DNA of 64,000 nucleotides from Podarcis vaucheri (taxonomy: Eukaryota): assembly GCA_965113315.1 (NCBI GenBank), contig OZ220364.1; one strand, written 5' to 3'. The notes beneath the pieces were generated by a model. That model did not search any database. It saw only the letters and a program-made list of their open reading frames with translations, and had not been told where the DNA came from. This document shows, piece after piece, positions 1-12,757 of the stretch (position 1 is its first letter; each line of letters opens with the position of its first letter). The position numbers were made by a program, and so were the translations under genes.

Positions 1-999
1 TGCCCAGCACGAGCGGGGGGGACAGCCGCGATGGAACCCCACCGGGATTGCGCTGCCGGTGCATCTGAACCCTGCAAGTTGTACAAGTCCATGTTCTTCA
101 GAGCCTATGAACTTTGGTGATGTCTCTTCTTTTAAATACACAAACCCACCAGTCCTCAAGGTTCTTAAATTAATCAGCTTAAACAAGATTGTTTCCTTCA
201 TTTCACGTACTTGAAACCTTTCTCTCTCTCCCTCCCTTACATTGTCCCCACTCTGCATTTCTGTAAATGTTGTTTTATTCACAAAGGAGTTTCCCTTATT
301 TGTGATGAACTGAAATATTTCAATAAGGAAAGATGGCTAAAGTATTGCAAATCAAGTATTGCGGGTTGATTGAATAAAACAACAAACTTTCTTATATAGA
401 CACAGACTTGGTAAAAACAAAACACTAAAAGTACATATACACAGTTTTAAAATATATCATAATTCTATTAGCCAAAGACAGACACAAACTGAGATAGAAT
501 AAATTTAACAAAATCCCTTTCCCTAGTCTTTGCTGCAGAAATGAGAATTCTAGCAATTATTTGCGTTATTATTTTGTGTCAGCTAATAAGAAACGGGGTG
601 TTATTAAGAGAAAGTAGAAAACAGAATCAGGCATACATGAAATTTCCAAAAAATATGGCAAGGTGATTCATATTACTGTAAACTCTGATTTTACAACCAT
701 TGTTTTGATTCCTGCAAGAGGGAAAAAAATCAGTTCCCGGGATTGTTGATCTGGAATCACCAAGTGGCTTTTCAGTAGAATTTTCAGACCTGTGGATTGT
801 TTTGTGGATTTATTATGTATTGCATCATGGGACTTGCAGTGTCCGAGTTACTGAGCACATATAGGGTTCATAGGCTGTGCTGGTCTTATTAATTTCTCTT
901 GCGTCCCTTCAGACTTCCTCAAACATTTCAGCTGTTTACTGCTAAAATCCAGTAAATCTAGGTAGCATCTGTTCTGCCAAAGTAACAGGGTTTAGTAAT

Positions 1000-2230
1000 G
1001 ATCCTATCCGGCTGAGGAGACATAATTTGAGCATACGATTGTAATGAAAGGGATAGGAAGAGTATCTCAAGAATGGCGTCCTTCATCCAAACCTGCTCAA
1101 AGCGCTTTATTCAACATTCAGTGCCCTGCCTTTGGTCCACCCACCATCAGATATATGGTTGGAGGATCCTTGGAAGGACCAGCCTTCGGGAGGCCCTCAG
1201 CTCTGTGCTACACACTCTATATGGTCATGCAGTCAAGCATGGATCCCATTTGAAAGTGGCGTCACTGGCTACCCATTGCTAAAATGGCCATCTGGGGGCA
1301 AGCTGAGGAGTGGCAGCATAGTTGGGTTGAGTCAGTATGAGGTAGTAGACACAGAGCGCCAATTGGATCTAGCCAGGACTCCAACGTTTACTGCCACGGA
1401 ATCCACCTTGCCTCCCCTATGGCATATCTAACTAAAACCGAAGTGTCTAAACACAGAAGGGCTTTCACCCTGCCTCGATGTCATGCCCTCCCCTCGGCCA
1501 TTCTTGAAGATTGACTACCCAGAAGACAATGCTCCTGTGACTTGGGACAAGTAGAAACATTAGAGCATGTCCTTCTCCAGTACCTGTACAGTGGTACCTC
1601 AGGTTACATACGCTTCAGGTTACAGACTCCGCTAACCCAGAAATAGTACCTCGGGTTAAGAACTTTGCTTCAGGATGAGAACACAAATCGTGCTCCGACA
1701 GCGCGGCAGCAGCAGGAGGCCCCATTAGCTAAAGTGGTACCTCAGGTTAAGAACAGTTTCAAGTTAAGAACGGACCTCCGGAACGAATTAAGTACTTAAC
1801 CTGAGGTACCACTGTATTCCAGAGTCATCCTTACTAGCCTGATTTCCCCACTACTTCATAAGTACCCAGAGCGCACAGGACAATTTTACACCTCCCTGCT
1901 GCTCTCAGATACCGATCCTGCTGCGACGTATAGTGTTGCTAGGTTCTGCACAGCAGCGCTCGAGTTTCGTAGGAGGATGACCTGTGCCACAAATCAGCTT
2001 TAATGAACATATCAGAGTGCTCTGTAAATGATAGTTAAAGCCTTTATATATCAACCTTTTGTGCTCTTCTACACCCACCCAATGTTCCTGACCCTTCTTT
2101 TGGATTCTTTTAGCTTCTTTTAAATTCTTATAGACTTTTATATTCACCTTGTCTAAACGCTTTTCAGATTTTAAATCTAAAGGCTTTTTAGATTTTAAAT
2201 GTTGGTCTATGACCGTAATAAAGATTTATA
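1000..2230 (+). mobile_element. Degraded non-LTR retrotransposon 3' fragment (RTE-X-like), interrupted by a MITE
   Basis: Remnant reading CSCDLGQVETLEHVLLQ at ~1530-1580 (C-terminal Zn-knuckle-like); 3' end GGTCTATGACCGTAATAAAGATT. Family and 5' boundary are tentative. Confidence 0.4.
1589..1814 (+). mobile_element. Tc1/mariner (pogo/Tigger-like) MITE, family CAGTGGTACCTC
   Basis: TIRs CAGTGGTACCTCAGGTTA / TAACCTGAGGTACCACTG with TA on both sides; 7 copies in the window. Confidence 0.9.
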
Positions 2231-4013
2231 TTGAATCAGTGTGAGAGGTAATACAGTGCCAGCCTGACTCCTGGTGCTGAGCCTGGTACTTGGGACAGGG
2301 CCTTTTCATCTTAAATCTGAAATAACCTTTCTAAGGAGGTCTATTTGGCACACAGCTGTTTGCTTTTAGACGGGCAGGGAATACAATTGTACAAGCTTTA
2401 CTTGAGCACTGCTCTTAAAAGTGTCATTTTGATTGCTGCTGCTGCTGCCTTTTAACCTGCTTTTAGTTTTAATTATGTGGCTTTATTGTGCTGCTGTTTT
2501 ATACATTATTGTAAGCCTCCTTGTGTATATTTATGAAGATGGGAAAGGAGTGCAGAAATAATAATAAAAAACTTTTTAAGATAGGAATATTTTCATGTGG
2601 GTGAACAAGGGATTATTTCAATGGCTGATTTCTTTCTGCACCCCTTGAAAATACATTGTTAATTTAACAACATCAACAACACCAGCATTTTGCTTACTAA
2701 TGTAAATGCTTGCTCTAAGCTTTCAGCAAGCTAAAAAGCCCAAGGAAGCATAGCTAATACTTAGCACACATATTTCAAAATAATCTGGAAATAAGATTGC
2801 AATAGATTACAATGGCGCGCTATTAGATTTTATTGTGCTTTTTCGCATGGAGCGCCTTATGTTCCAATGGACAGGAGAAGCTATAAAAGCAATACTGTTA
2901 CAATTATTGCTTGAACTATCCAGGCAAAGTTAGGCACTTTAAAATCCTGCTCTTCTTCAGAGCATTGTATTGTCCTCGTCATCACCAAAAGTTAATTCAG
3001 TCGAGATTAATTCCGTACCGATATATAAACCATGTGGGTTGTGGAAAGTCAAAAGCGCATTCACTGGGCATGTTGGCAGTGGCAGTCAATCATCCCTGTA
3101 CAAGAATGACACTGTGAATTGCATGTCCTTCTAGTTTTTTGTGGCATAGCAATACTGTAGCAATAAGGTCAACTGAAATCAACCACAATTACTTACCACA
3201 TTAGTAAACTGGTTACAATGGTAACGTACCATGAAGGGAGGGGTCAAGCAATACTCATATCCACATTTGTAAGAACTCAGTCATTTGGTGTGGCAGCACC
3301 TGAACTTTGGAACTCCTTCCTATTGAGATCTAGCAGGCGCCATCTCTGTACTTTCTGATGCCTGCTAAAAACATTCTCATTTAGACAAGCCAACTTAGAT
3401 TCTTAGAAAGTTGAGGTAATTTTAAACTGGTTTAGTATTTTCACTTTTGTGTGTTTCAAAGTGTGGTTTTGAATTTTTCTTGTTTTGTCTTTTTGTAAAC
3501 TGAGGTTGTTAGGGGTTTTGTTTTTACAGTCAAGTGGAGTATAAATTTTATGAAATAGATAGATTATGGTCTCTCCATGTTTCCAGTCTTCAGTTCTCCA
3601 TATTTCCACACCAATTCACATTTTTAAAAGTCCTCTATAAATTCATCAGCCTTTTGGTGCAATTTTTTCTAAAACACACATTTTCCAATGCTATTTCCCC
3701 TAATATACATTCACTAACGTATGCATTCTAATGCACTCCTTGCCCTACATGCATTATTGTGCATGTTACCTAGCAGGAGAACTGCACTGCAAAATTCAAA
3801 GAAGTGCAAATTTTGAAAAGTAGCTGTGTTATGGTTCCCATATTGTCTCAGAAGATGAAGATTCTCCCCTATCCCCAATACCATATAGATATATATGGCA
3901 TTTTCCAGCCAGAACTCAAGGGAACTCAGGTGGGCTCCATTGCCATTATAAGAGAACAAGGGAGGTGTTCATGGTGAGTTCTGGCACTCTTTTTCTAGAA
4001 AAATAGCACTGTA

Positions 4014-4042
4014 GTGTGTGTGTGTGTGTGTGCGCGCGCGCA
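4014..4042. repeat. (GT)n(GC)n alternating purine-pyrimidine tract
   Basis: gtgtgt...tgcgcgcgcgca seen directly; composition favours Z-DNA. Confidence 0.9.
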
Positions 4043-4790
4043 ATAAAAATATAGATAAAAAACCTTGTTACATTAATTTACTGACCTCCCTTCACCCTAA
4101 AAACAGATTTACCTAAACTCTGCAACTTGGATTATTTACTAGAAAAAACAAAAACCTTCGCTTGGGACTGCATACTGCTTGTTCTCATTGTATTTTATTC
4201 CCTGCTTTTATTTTCTTCCATTTACTGCCCACCCCCCGCATTAAGTTTAACACGGAGAGCAGAGGGTCAAATACCCTTGCTTGAAATGGCTGGTGGAAAC
4301 CATTTCCCAGAAAGGCAAATTTCAGCAAGTGAGGTTTTCTCCCCTCAGGCCTGCTCTACAAGTTGAGAAACGGCACCTATGAATAGGACCCTTGTCCTGC
4401 ATTGAAACTGCAAACCTTATCAAACCACACCTGCTCAACTTGTGACCTCTACGCAACTCACCAGAATTGTGTTGCTGGGCTATGGGGTCTTAGTGCTTGA
4501 TGACCCTATTGTTGTTGTTTTTCCAGTTTAGGCAGGTAGAAAAAGCAAGCCATTGACTGGGTCTGTAATATTAGGGTATTTAGAGCCCTGTTCACCCATT
4601 ACTTTCCTGAAAGGGCAACGTGGGTTGTTTTTTTTTTAGGGGTTTAGTCCTGTCACCAAGGTTACATGGCTCCACCCAACCTCTCCCATGTTGAGGCTTA
4701 ACTTTTCGAGGACACCTTTTCTATCCACACCGGCTCCCCATGTGATTTAGGACTCTGATCTTTCAAGGGTCTAAATCACACAGGGAATCT

Positions 4791-5605
4791 GTTAAAACAG
4801 CAAAAAATGTATAGAACAAGTTCTAATAAGTGTTGGAAGTGTAAAGAGAAAGAAGGCACGTTTTACCACATGTGGTGGAATTATAAAGTAATCAAATGCT
4901 ATTGGGAAATGATTTATAATGAAATGAAAAAAATGTTTAAGATAACTTTTGGGAAAAGGACCAGAAGCTTTTCTGTTAGGCATTACAGGCCAGGACTTGC
5001 CAAAATAATGGAAGAAACTCTTTATTTACGCTACAACAGCGGCGAGGATGCTACTAGCTAAACCCAAATGGAAAGATGACAAGATACCAACAGAAGAAGA
5101 ATGGCAAGAAAAGCTGATGGAATACGCTGAAAAGGTGAAACTTACTGGGAAACTAAGAGACAAGGTGTTTCCTGCTTGGCAGGGGGTTGGACTCGATGGC
5201 CCTTGTGGTCTCTTCCAACTCTATGATTCTATGATTCTAAGGACAATAGAGACTTTAAAAAGGACTGGGAACCGTTTATGGTGAATCTACAGAAACATTG
5301 CAAAGAAGTGATCTCACGAGCAGGGTTTGAGTAAACACTTACAATTAAGAAAATAAACAAAAAAAGTTAAGAGACAATAAAGGGGTAAATAATAAAACAT
5401 AAGATGTGACTTGGGAAATAGGGCATAAAAGTGATAAGAATATAACAATATTTAATTAAAAGATCGAAAAATTAAGGTACAACAAATTAGGCAGGACAAG
5501 CAATATTTAAAGAACGAGAAGGGGAAGCTGAGGGAAGCCATTGGAGGGGGGATCTATATATGCTATATGTGATAATGATTTTGTTGAAGATAAAATTGTA
5601 TATAT
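4791..5605 (+). mobile_element. 5'-truncated L1-clade LINE (ORF2 C-terminus plus 3' UTR)
   Basis: CWKCKEKEGTFYHMWW motif in frameshifted ORFs 4807-5284; 16-bp TSD ATCACACAGGGAATCT at 4775-4790 and 5606-5621. Confidence 0.85.
5164..5239 (+). mobile_element. CR1 extreme 3' end nested inside the L1 fragment
   Basis: (ATTCTATG)n tail; near-identical to the reverse complement of 58574-58650. Confidence 0.9.
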
Positions 5606-5789
5606 ATCACACAGGGAATCTACACAGAGAGGAAGGTTCCCCACCTCGGAAGTTAACCCTCAACAATGTGAGGTGGGCAGAGGACTGCGCAGCTAAACAC
5701 AAGGCCCCACCCACCACAGCCATTTTGTGTCCATGTTGCCCCTTCACACAAGTAACACACGAAGAGGGTTTTTAAGAAGCCAAACTCCT

Positions 5790-6104
5790 GGTCCTGTTCA
5801 CACCATACATTTTAAAGCACTCTACGGCTTCCCCCAAAGGATTCTGGGAGCTGTAGGTGGTTAAAGGTGCCAGGACTTGCTAGGAGACCCCCGGATTCTC
5901 CTCAGTTACAATCCTCAGAATGGTTTTAAGAGACAATCTCTTTTCACAAGGATCTCTGGGAATTACAGCACTGCAGGGGGAATTGGGGTCTCCAAACAAC
6001 TCTCAGCATGTTTAAGAAACTACAGTTCCCAGGATTCTTTGGGGGAAGCCATGGCTGTTTAAAGTGGTTTCATAGTGCTTTAAATGTACGGTGTGGATGT
6101 GGCC
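5790..6104. mobile_element. Hairpin MITE (ACCATACATTTTAAAGCAC / GTGCTTTAAATGTACGGT)
   Basis: Imperfect terminal inverted repeats; a related shorter copy lies at 48751-48919. Confidence 0.6.
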
Positions 6105-6730
6105 TTCTTGTCTCTTCAGAATCTGTGGGGTGTGTGGCTGTCTCCCACACCAATTATCCCTCTGAGTCAACTGTGCTCTAGGGCAGGGTGTCCCAGCCTT
6201 TAAAGATTTTTGTGGGGGGTGCTGCAGGCCGCTGGCCACCTCTGAGATGCAAAGGAGATTCCCCCCCCCCACTGCCATGCTGCAATTTGGGGTCATCCCG
6301 ATCACAGCTGGGGGAGAATGGAATAAGCCTCCCCACACGCTGTGATCCCCAAAAAAATTGGGCTTCCCCACACCTACAATCAATTATAGAAAACCAGAAT
6401 ATACAGCTGCACACTATGTATTGGGATAGTGCAAGGTTTGGCTCCTTGGGAGCTGAAATATACTACAGTGCTGTCAGATGGGTGGCAGAGCTTGCTGCCG
6501 CAGTGTTCTGCGGAGTTTTTTTGAATATTTGAAAAGGAGAAGCGGTTGTGATCTGAGCTTTCTGGCAAAAGTGACAAAAGGGGAGAGTGTTGGGTTCTGG
6601 TGCAAGAGGTCAAAGGGGCACAAAGGGCTTAGCCAGAAGTTCCCAAGATGATCTCTAGCAAGACGCTTCCAGTATAACCAAGCCTTCATCAACCCAAGCA
6701 CTTGTTGGAGGGCTGGAGGAAGCTATAGTC

Positions 6731-6869
6731 CAGGCATAGGCAAACTCGGCCCTCCAGGTGTTTTGGGACTACAACTCCCATCATCCTTAACTAACAGGAC
6801 CAGTGGTCAGGAATGATGGGAATTGTAGTCCCAAAACATATGGGGGGCCCCCAAGTTTGCCTATGCCTG
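6731..6869. mobile_element. hAT-like palindromic MITE (CAGGCATAGGCAAACT)
   Basis: 16-bp TIR; degenerate 8-bp TSD ctatagtc/ctgtaatc. Confidence 0.85.
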
Positions 6870-7012
6870 CTGTAATCCAAACTCTGTGGTAACCCACTTT
6901 ATAGAACTGTTGTGAGGATGACAAATATATACTGCCCCGCCCCCGAAAAATGTGAGAAAGAAAATAATCAGCATGTTTCAGCTTATATTGTACTACAAGT
7001 CATACTTTAATT

Positions 7013-7148
7013 CAGGCATAGGCAAACTCGGCCCTCCAGATGTTTTGGGACTACAACTCCCATCACCCCTAGCTAACATGACTGGTGGTCAGGGATGATG
7101 GGAGTTGTAGTCCCAACACATCTAGAGGGCTGAGATTGCCTATGCCTT
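7013..7148. mobile_element. hAT-like palindromic MITE (CAGGCATAGGCAAACT)
   Basis: Same family; TSD-like ctttaatt/ttttaatt. Confidence 0.8.
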
Positions 7149-7759
7149 TTTTAATTCACCATTAACTACCATTCTGGTTTGAGTGGCATCACTTTGGTGT
7201 TCCACTGGTGCCATATGGTGATTGGCCAGTGGGAGCTGTCACCAGCTTTTGATTGGGCCCACATATGTATTGGTATTGTGGTGATATCATCAGCGTATGC
7301 CATGATAGGAATAGCTGGGGGTGGCTGTCATTTTTCATTGTCCCCCCCTTTTGTTTTTTTTTTTGCTGCTGCTGCTCTTTCCTGTGCTTTAGACAGAGCT
7401 TGGAGAACCTCAGGCTCCCTAGTAGTTAAATCACTGTAGGTTCCTATAGGTATAGTGGCAGCCCCTAGCTGGGCCATAGGATCACCCTATCAAGCGTGAA
7501 CTTTGGCTTCCTTTGAATTATGCAACTCATGTTGTGGAAGTTTACTCCGGAGTAAATCACAATGAATGGGGCATACTTCCAAGGAAGTATATCTTGTTCT
7601 AAATAAAGCTTTACTTTGCAAGAGGTCCTGCGGTTTCACTAAGAAAAACTAACAACAACAAAATCCAAATAAGCAGAGAATAAACAAAAAAGCAAGGGAG
7701 AAAGGTAAGATTCTTGTGGCTGGTGACCTCTCCCCCCCCCTTCTTTCTCTCTCAGTATC

Positions 7760-9360
7760 AAGGGAAGCGACAAAGGGTTTTTCCACACTCCATAAAGTGT
7801 TAATAATGCGCGCGATTGTTCCAGATTAACTCTCAGTCCAAGGAACGATAAATAGGTGCGAAGCTTGCCTGCTGCCGCCTATACTTTTCAAAGTAGCTTC
7901 TCCCTTCTTTTGGAAGAAAACAAATTATAGAGAAGGGGAGTAATTGAAGCGGGCAGTTTTGGCTTTCAGCAGACAGGGGTGGAGAGGGAGAGAGAGAGAG
8001 AGAGAGAGAGAGTGACGAAGGAGGAGTGCACAAAAGGAAACCGAAGAGCCGGCCACCAAAAACTTTTTGTGGAAATGATTATATTGTGCCACATTTATTG
8101 GCAGCCCAGGCTGCCGAATTCAACCACCCCCACCCCCAACTCCGGCCCTGATCGCTCTTCCAAAAACTTAAGATCTCGGATCTCTCGTGCCTTTGGGCTC
8201 GGTTTCGGAAGGAGGCCCAGCCCTTTCGATTTTCCACCCGAACCTGCAAGAACCAACATTTCATTTGGAAAGGCGAATCCCATAGCCTCGCTGCGGGACA
8301 CTCTTCTTGCAAGTAACGCGGAGGACACGGACGCACGCACGCAACCAACTCCTTCTCTCTCAATCCCCTCCTTAAAGGGAGGCGGGATCTCCGGGCATTT
8401 GATCTCTGCGATCCCGCCCCTACTCCGGTATCCTAAAGTGGTTCCCAAGCACTCTCTAGTCCGGCAGGCAAACGGGGGGGAGAGGGAGAGAGGGGTGGGT
8501 GGGAGAGCAAAGGAGGCAGCCCACCAAAAGTGCAGCGGCGTCTTTCCCGCCCCCCCCCCCGCACGCCAGCCCCTCTTCCCTGCACTATGGTGCACCCGAT
8601 CCACCGCGCTCGAGTCTTTCCGCTCCTGCCGATCAACAACTCTCCAGAGCGGGCAGTGGTGGCCACAGCAGAAAGCGACTCGGATCGGAGGGATACCCAC
8701 GTTTAATAAAAGTGAAGTTGCGGGAGGTGGAGGAGGAGGGAGGGAGGGAAGAAGGAGAGAGGGAGGGAGGAGGGGAGGCAGCCAAGGAGAGTGGGGGAAA
8801 AAGCTCTCTCTGAAGTTTTGGCTCCAACACCCCCCCCCCGCTCTCCTCGCTCCCCCCCAGCCCACCTCCAAGCAGCAAGAAGGCGAAAGAAGGGGACGAA
8901 ACGGGGGTGTGGAAAGGCTGACCCGCTGCAACGGAGCGGCACAAACCACCATGCAGCTTGTGTTATGGGCAGTGGGATTAAGCACGCTCTTCCTGCAAGA
9001 CTTCTTGAATGTAGCCGGTGCAGCAGCAAGGAAAGAAAGATTGCATCTGAGACAAGGTAAGATACAGCAGCGCCTTTTTTAAAAAATAAAATAAAAATAA
9101 TTTTCTTTTTCTTTTTAAGTTTGGCATTGCTTTGCTCGTGGCGGGGTGGGGTGAAGGGGTGTCACGCTTTTCTTTTCAACGCGGGGAGGCAAATCTGCAA
9201 AGCGCAGAAAGCGTTCCTAAGCAATTGGAGCTCCAGACGTATCCAGTCTGCTAGCAGCTCCGCCTACAAATATATGTATGCTGTGCTTAAGATTTCGAAA
9301 CACTTGCAGCCCCGCAACATTGCTGTCGGTAGTTCAGCCTGCTTTGCTTTTCTCTTTCGC
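7760..9360 (+). promoter_or_regulatory. CpG-rich ADAMTS9 promoter / 5' UTR region
   Basis: Clear rise in GC and CpG density around exon 1; AT-rich TATA-like TTTAATAAAAG at ~8702-8712 followed by a purine/G-run tract (8722-8797). Boundaries and TSS are estimated by eye. Confidence 0.7.
8951..9056 (+). CDS. ADAMTS9: ADAMTS9 exon 1 (signal peptide, MQLVLWAVGLSTLFLQDFLNVAGAAARKERLHLRQ)
   Basis: Kozak-like ACCACC-ATG at 8951, hydrophobic N-terminus, donor AAG|GTAAGA at 9057, phase 1. Confidence 0.93.
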
Positions 9361-10163
9361 TGCCTGTGGCTGGAAAGCAGCCTCCCTAAACATTTTTTTA
9401 ATAAACAAAAACAAAAACCTAAAACTCCAGCACTTGTGCCATGTGTACTTCTGCTGCAAACAGCTGGACATTTCTGTTGGCTCTTTTTGTGCTCTGTTTA
9501 AAGGCAAAAGTTTTGCATTGGGGAGGCCGGGGGGAAGGGAGCTCCTGTTAGCAAACCTGTTAATTCGCTCACCTCCTGAACGTTTCCTTGGGCTGAACTG
9601 AACTGCTTGGCTCAGCCTCAGAAGGATGCTATTTGCAGTGGCCCAGAACTAAGTGCTTTCTTTCCAGAGCAGCATTGGGTTTTAGGAGATGTCAACCTTG
9701 CGGTGCACATACATTCATATATACCTGTGTGCATTTTGCGGTGGTTAAGGAATTTTACGTCCCGTTTGTGCAATTGCTGCCGAGTGCATGTGCTGTTCGC
9801 AGTGCTTAGCGTGGTTACATAAGAGCGGAAAGTTTTTTTCCCCCCTCACAGGCAGCCTCTGCCCTATTGCTCTAAACCGCCAGCCTCCTTTACCTTTGTG
9901 AGCGTTTGCAGAATGCACATCAGATATTTCAAGTGAATGAGGCAAGTTATAACTCTTGAGAAAGATGGGCAGTGTTCAGAAAAAACAGTCACTTACTGTG
10001 TCTTTCCCACAGATAAGGAAATGGCCCTGCTATGGGGCTGTTGCTGGTTTCCCTTGGTACTGGATTTCTCACAGTCCCACGGGGTGGAAATAATATTGTA
10101 TAGTGCACAGACGCACACACTTGCATCCGCTCACAGGGGATCTGTTTTGTTCCCTCTCGACAG

Positions 10164-10576
10164 CCAAACTGCTGGAGACTCTGAGTGAGTACGAGATAGT
10201 GACCCCCACCCGGGTGAATGAGTTTGGAGAGCCCTTCCCTCCCAAAGTCCACTTTCGAAGGAAGAAGCGGAGTCTCCATTTGGACGCTGAGGCCTGGGGC
10301 CCGGATTCTACCTCCTCCTCCTCCTCCCCATCTTCCAGTGCCGTCCAAGCGCACTATAGGCTCACAGCCTTTGGGCAACACTTCTTTTTCAACCTTACAG
10401 CCCATTCGGGATTTATTGCTCCTCTCTTCACTGTCAGCTTCCTGGGAGTACCTGAGGTTAACCAAACAAACTTTTACACCGAGGAGGAGGAAAGTGACAT
10501 TAAGCACTGTTTCTACAAAGGACATGTCAATACCGAGCCCCAGCACACAGCAGTCATCAGCCTCTGTTCTGGGATG
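10164..10576 (+). CDS. ADAMTS9: ADAMTS9 exon 2 (prodomain)
   Basis: Acceptor cgacag|CC; reads [25 protein letters not shown]...RKKRS...HCFYKGHVN...SLCSGM; N-glycosylation sequons NLT and NQT; donor ATG|GTAAGT. Confidence 0.97.
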
Positions 10577-11760
10577 GTAAGTTAAGTGGCCTTCCTTGCT
10601 GGTCTTGGCTGTGGATGGAGTCTTGTTGTCACAAGATGGACAGCCCTTGTTGTTGTTTATAGGGGCAGGGGTGGGGTGGGGTGGGGTGGAATGAATTCAT
10701 TCTCAGCCCTTGATTCTGAACCACAATTGGGGATGCTTGGGATTATGTCACACTTTTTTTAAACATCCTTGCCCCGTGGCTCTATTGGAACCTGTCTGCA
10801 TGTAGGAGGAGTGCTGAAGTTAAAGATAAGGCTTTTAAACAAAGCAAAACTCCTGTTTGTTAAAAGTTGTTTGCTGATGGATATCGGAGCTGGCTGCTTT
10901 CCTTCCTTCAGCATCTCTCCCCCCCCCCCCGCCTTATTTACAAAGCACTCTTTTAAAAAAAAGTGAAACAAAAGTTAAGGAATTGCCATTGTGGTCCGAG
11001 GCTAGAGCAGTAGATCAAAAATCAAAGGATTCACTTTTGAGGAGAGCTCATTTTGATTGATGGAGAAGAGGGGAAAGCGATGCGGGGAGGGAGAAAGGAG
11101 GGTTGGGGGGGCAATGATCTGCCAGGAACAAGCAGTGATCATTAGCAAATTCTGGGTTTTTTTCCTCCCAAAGGTCATTAGAGCCAAGTCCTTCTCTCCC
11201 CCCTATTCCCATTGACAAACACATGAGCAGTGTCCAGCCAAGGAGACTTAACCGGGGAACTGCAGGGCTCTGACGTGAGACTGGGATTGCGATGGGAGAG
11301 GAAGCTGGGAGGTGGGGTTACCCCAGGCGGCTTTTTGGAGGAGGGGGCAGATGGGTGGGTTTGGTGGGAGGAGGATTCGCAGTCAGAAGAACCCCAAACA
11401 AGGGTGGTGCTCTGAGCCGGAGAGCTATTTAAGGTGGAAGGAGACAAATAGAAGCAGCGTGTGTTTTCCCCTTTTCTTCCCCCTCGCTCCCCCTAGGGAC
11501 GAAAGTTTACTGCTCTACAGCTCTGCAACTTGGAAGTTTCTTGAAAAGTGTCCTTAAAGCCGGCAGGGCTCCTCTCTAGTTTAACAGGTTTTAAGTTGAA
11601 AAGCATGGCACGGTGTCAGACAGTGTGCGCAGTTCTTGCTAAGGAAGCCTGCCCGAGGATGGGGGTATATAGTCAGGATAGATACTACTACTTTGATCCA
11701 GTAGGTGGGTTTGCGGGAAGAGTGGTACGGGTTCCCAGCTTTCAGAGCACCAAAAGAGTA

Positions 11761-12697
11761 CCGTATTTTTCGCTCTATAACACGCACCTGACCATAACAC
11801 GCACATCATTTTTAGAGGAGGAAAACAAGGGAAAAAACATTCTGAATGAAACAGTGGATGTATCATTTTTGTGCTTCATGCTGTGGCCACAGACATGTGA
11901 TCTGATGGTGAATTTGGGCTGACCCAATGCAAAGATCCTGAGGATCCATGTGGATCCATGCTTTGTAACCACGTTTTTGCACCATTGCAGCCCCAGACAA
12001 CAGTGGGTGCGTGATTTGGGGGGGCAGGCTGTAGCCATGGACATGCTATGTTCTCTGGTGGTGAATTTGGGGGTGACCCAATGCAAAGATCCTGAGGATC
12101 CATGTGGATCCATGCTTTTTAACCACATTTTTGCACCATTGCAGCCCCAGGCAACAGTGGGTGCATGATTTTTGGGGGGCAGGCTGTAGCCATGGACATG
12201 CTATGTGCTCTGATGGTGAATTTGGGGGGGTGACCCAATGCAAAGATCCATGTGGATCCATGCTATGTAACCACGTTTTTGCACCATTGCAGCCCCAGAC
12301 AACAGTGGGTGCATGATTTGGGGGGGGGGCAGGCTGTAGCCATGGACATGCTATGTTCTCTGGTGGTGAATTTGGGGGTGACCCAATGCAAAGATCCATG
12401 TGGATCCATGCTTTTTAACCACATTTTTGCACCATTGCAGCCCCAGGCAACAGTGGGTGCATGATTTTGGGGGGGGGGCAGGCTGTAGCCATGGACATGC
12501 TATGTGCTCTGATGGTGAATTTGGGGTGACCCAGTGCAAAAATCCTGAGGATCCATGTGGATCCATGCTTTTTAACCACATTTTAAGTGGGGAGGGAAGG
12601 AAAAACACAGAAGGGCTAAGAATGCAGGAGTGGGGTATAACGGGAGAGAGAAAAGGAAGGCAAAAGTTTCCCCCACGCACCCACCCAAGCCAGCCAG

Positions 12698-12757
<60 letters not shown>

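Noticed and set aside
8095-8985. 296-aa minus-strand ORF as a protein-coding gene
   Set aside because: Non-domain, Pro/Gly/Leu low-complexity translation of the GC-rich promoter; kept only as a low-confidence finding.
11901-12584. CRISPR-like array or repeat-protein ORFs (MDPCFLTTFLHHCSPRQQW...)
   Set aside because: Units are repeated end to end with no unique spacers, the context is a vertebrate intron, and variable G-run lengths shift the frames, so the ORFs are artefacts of the satellite.
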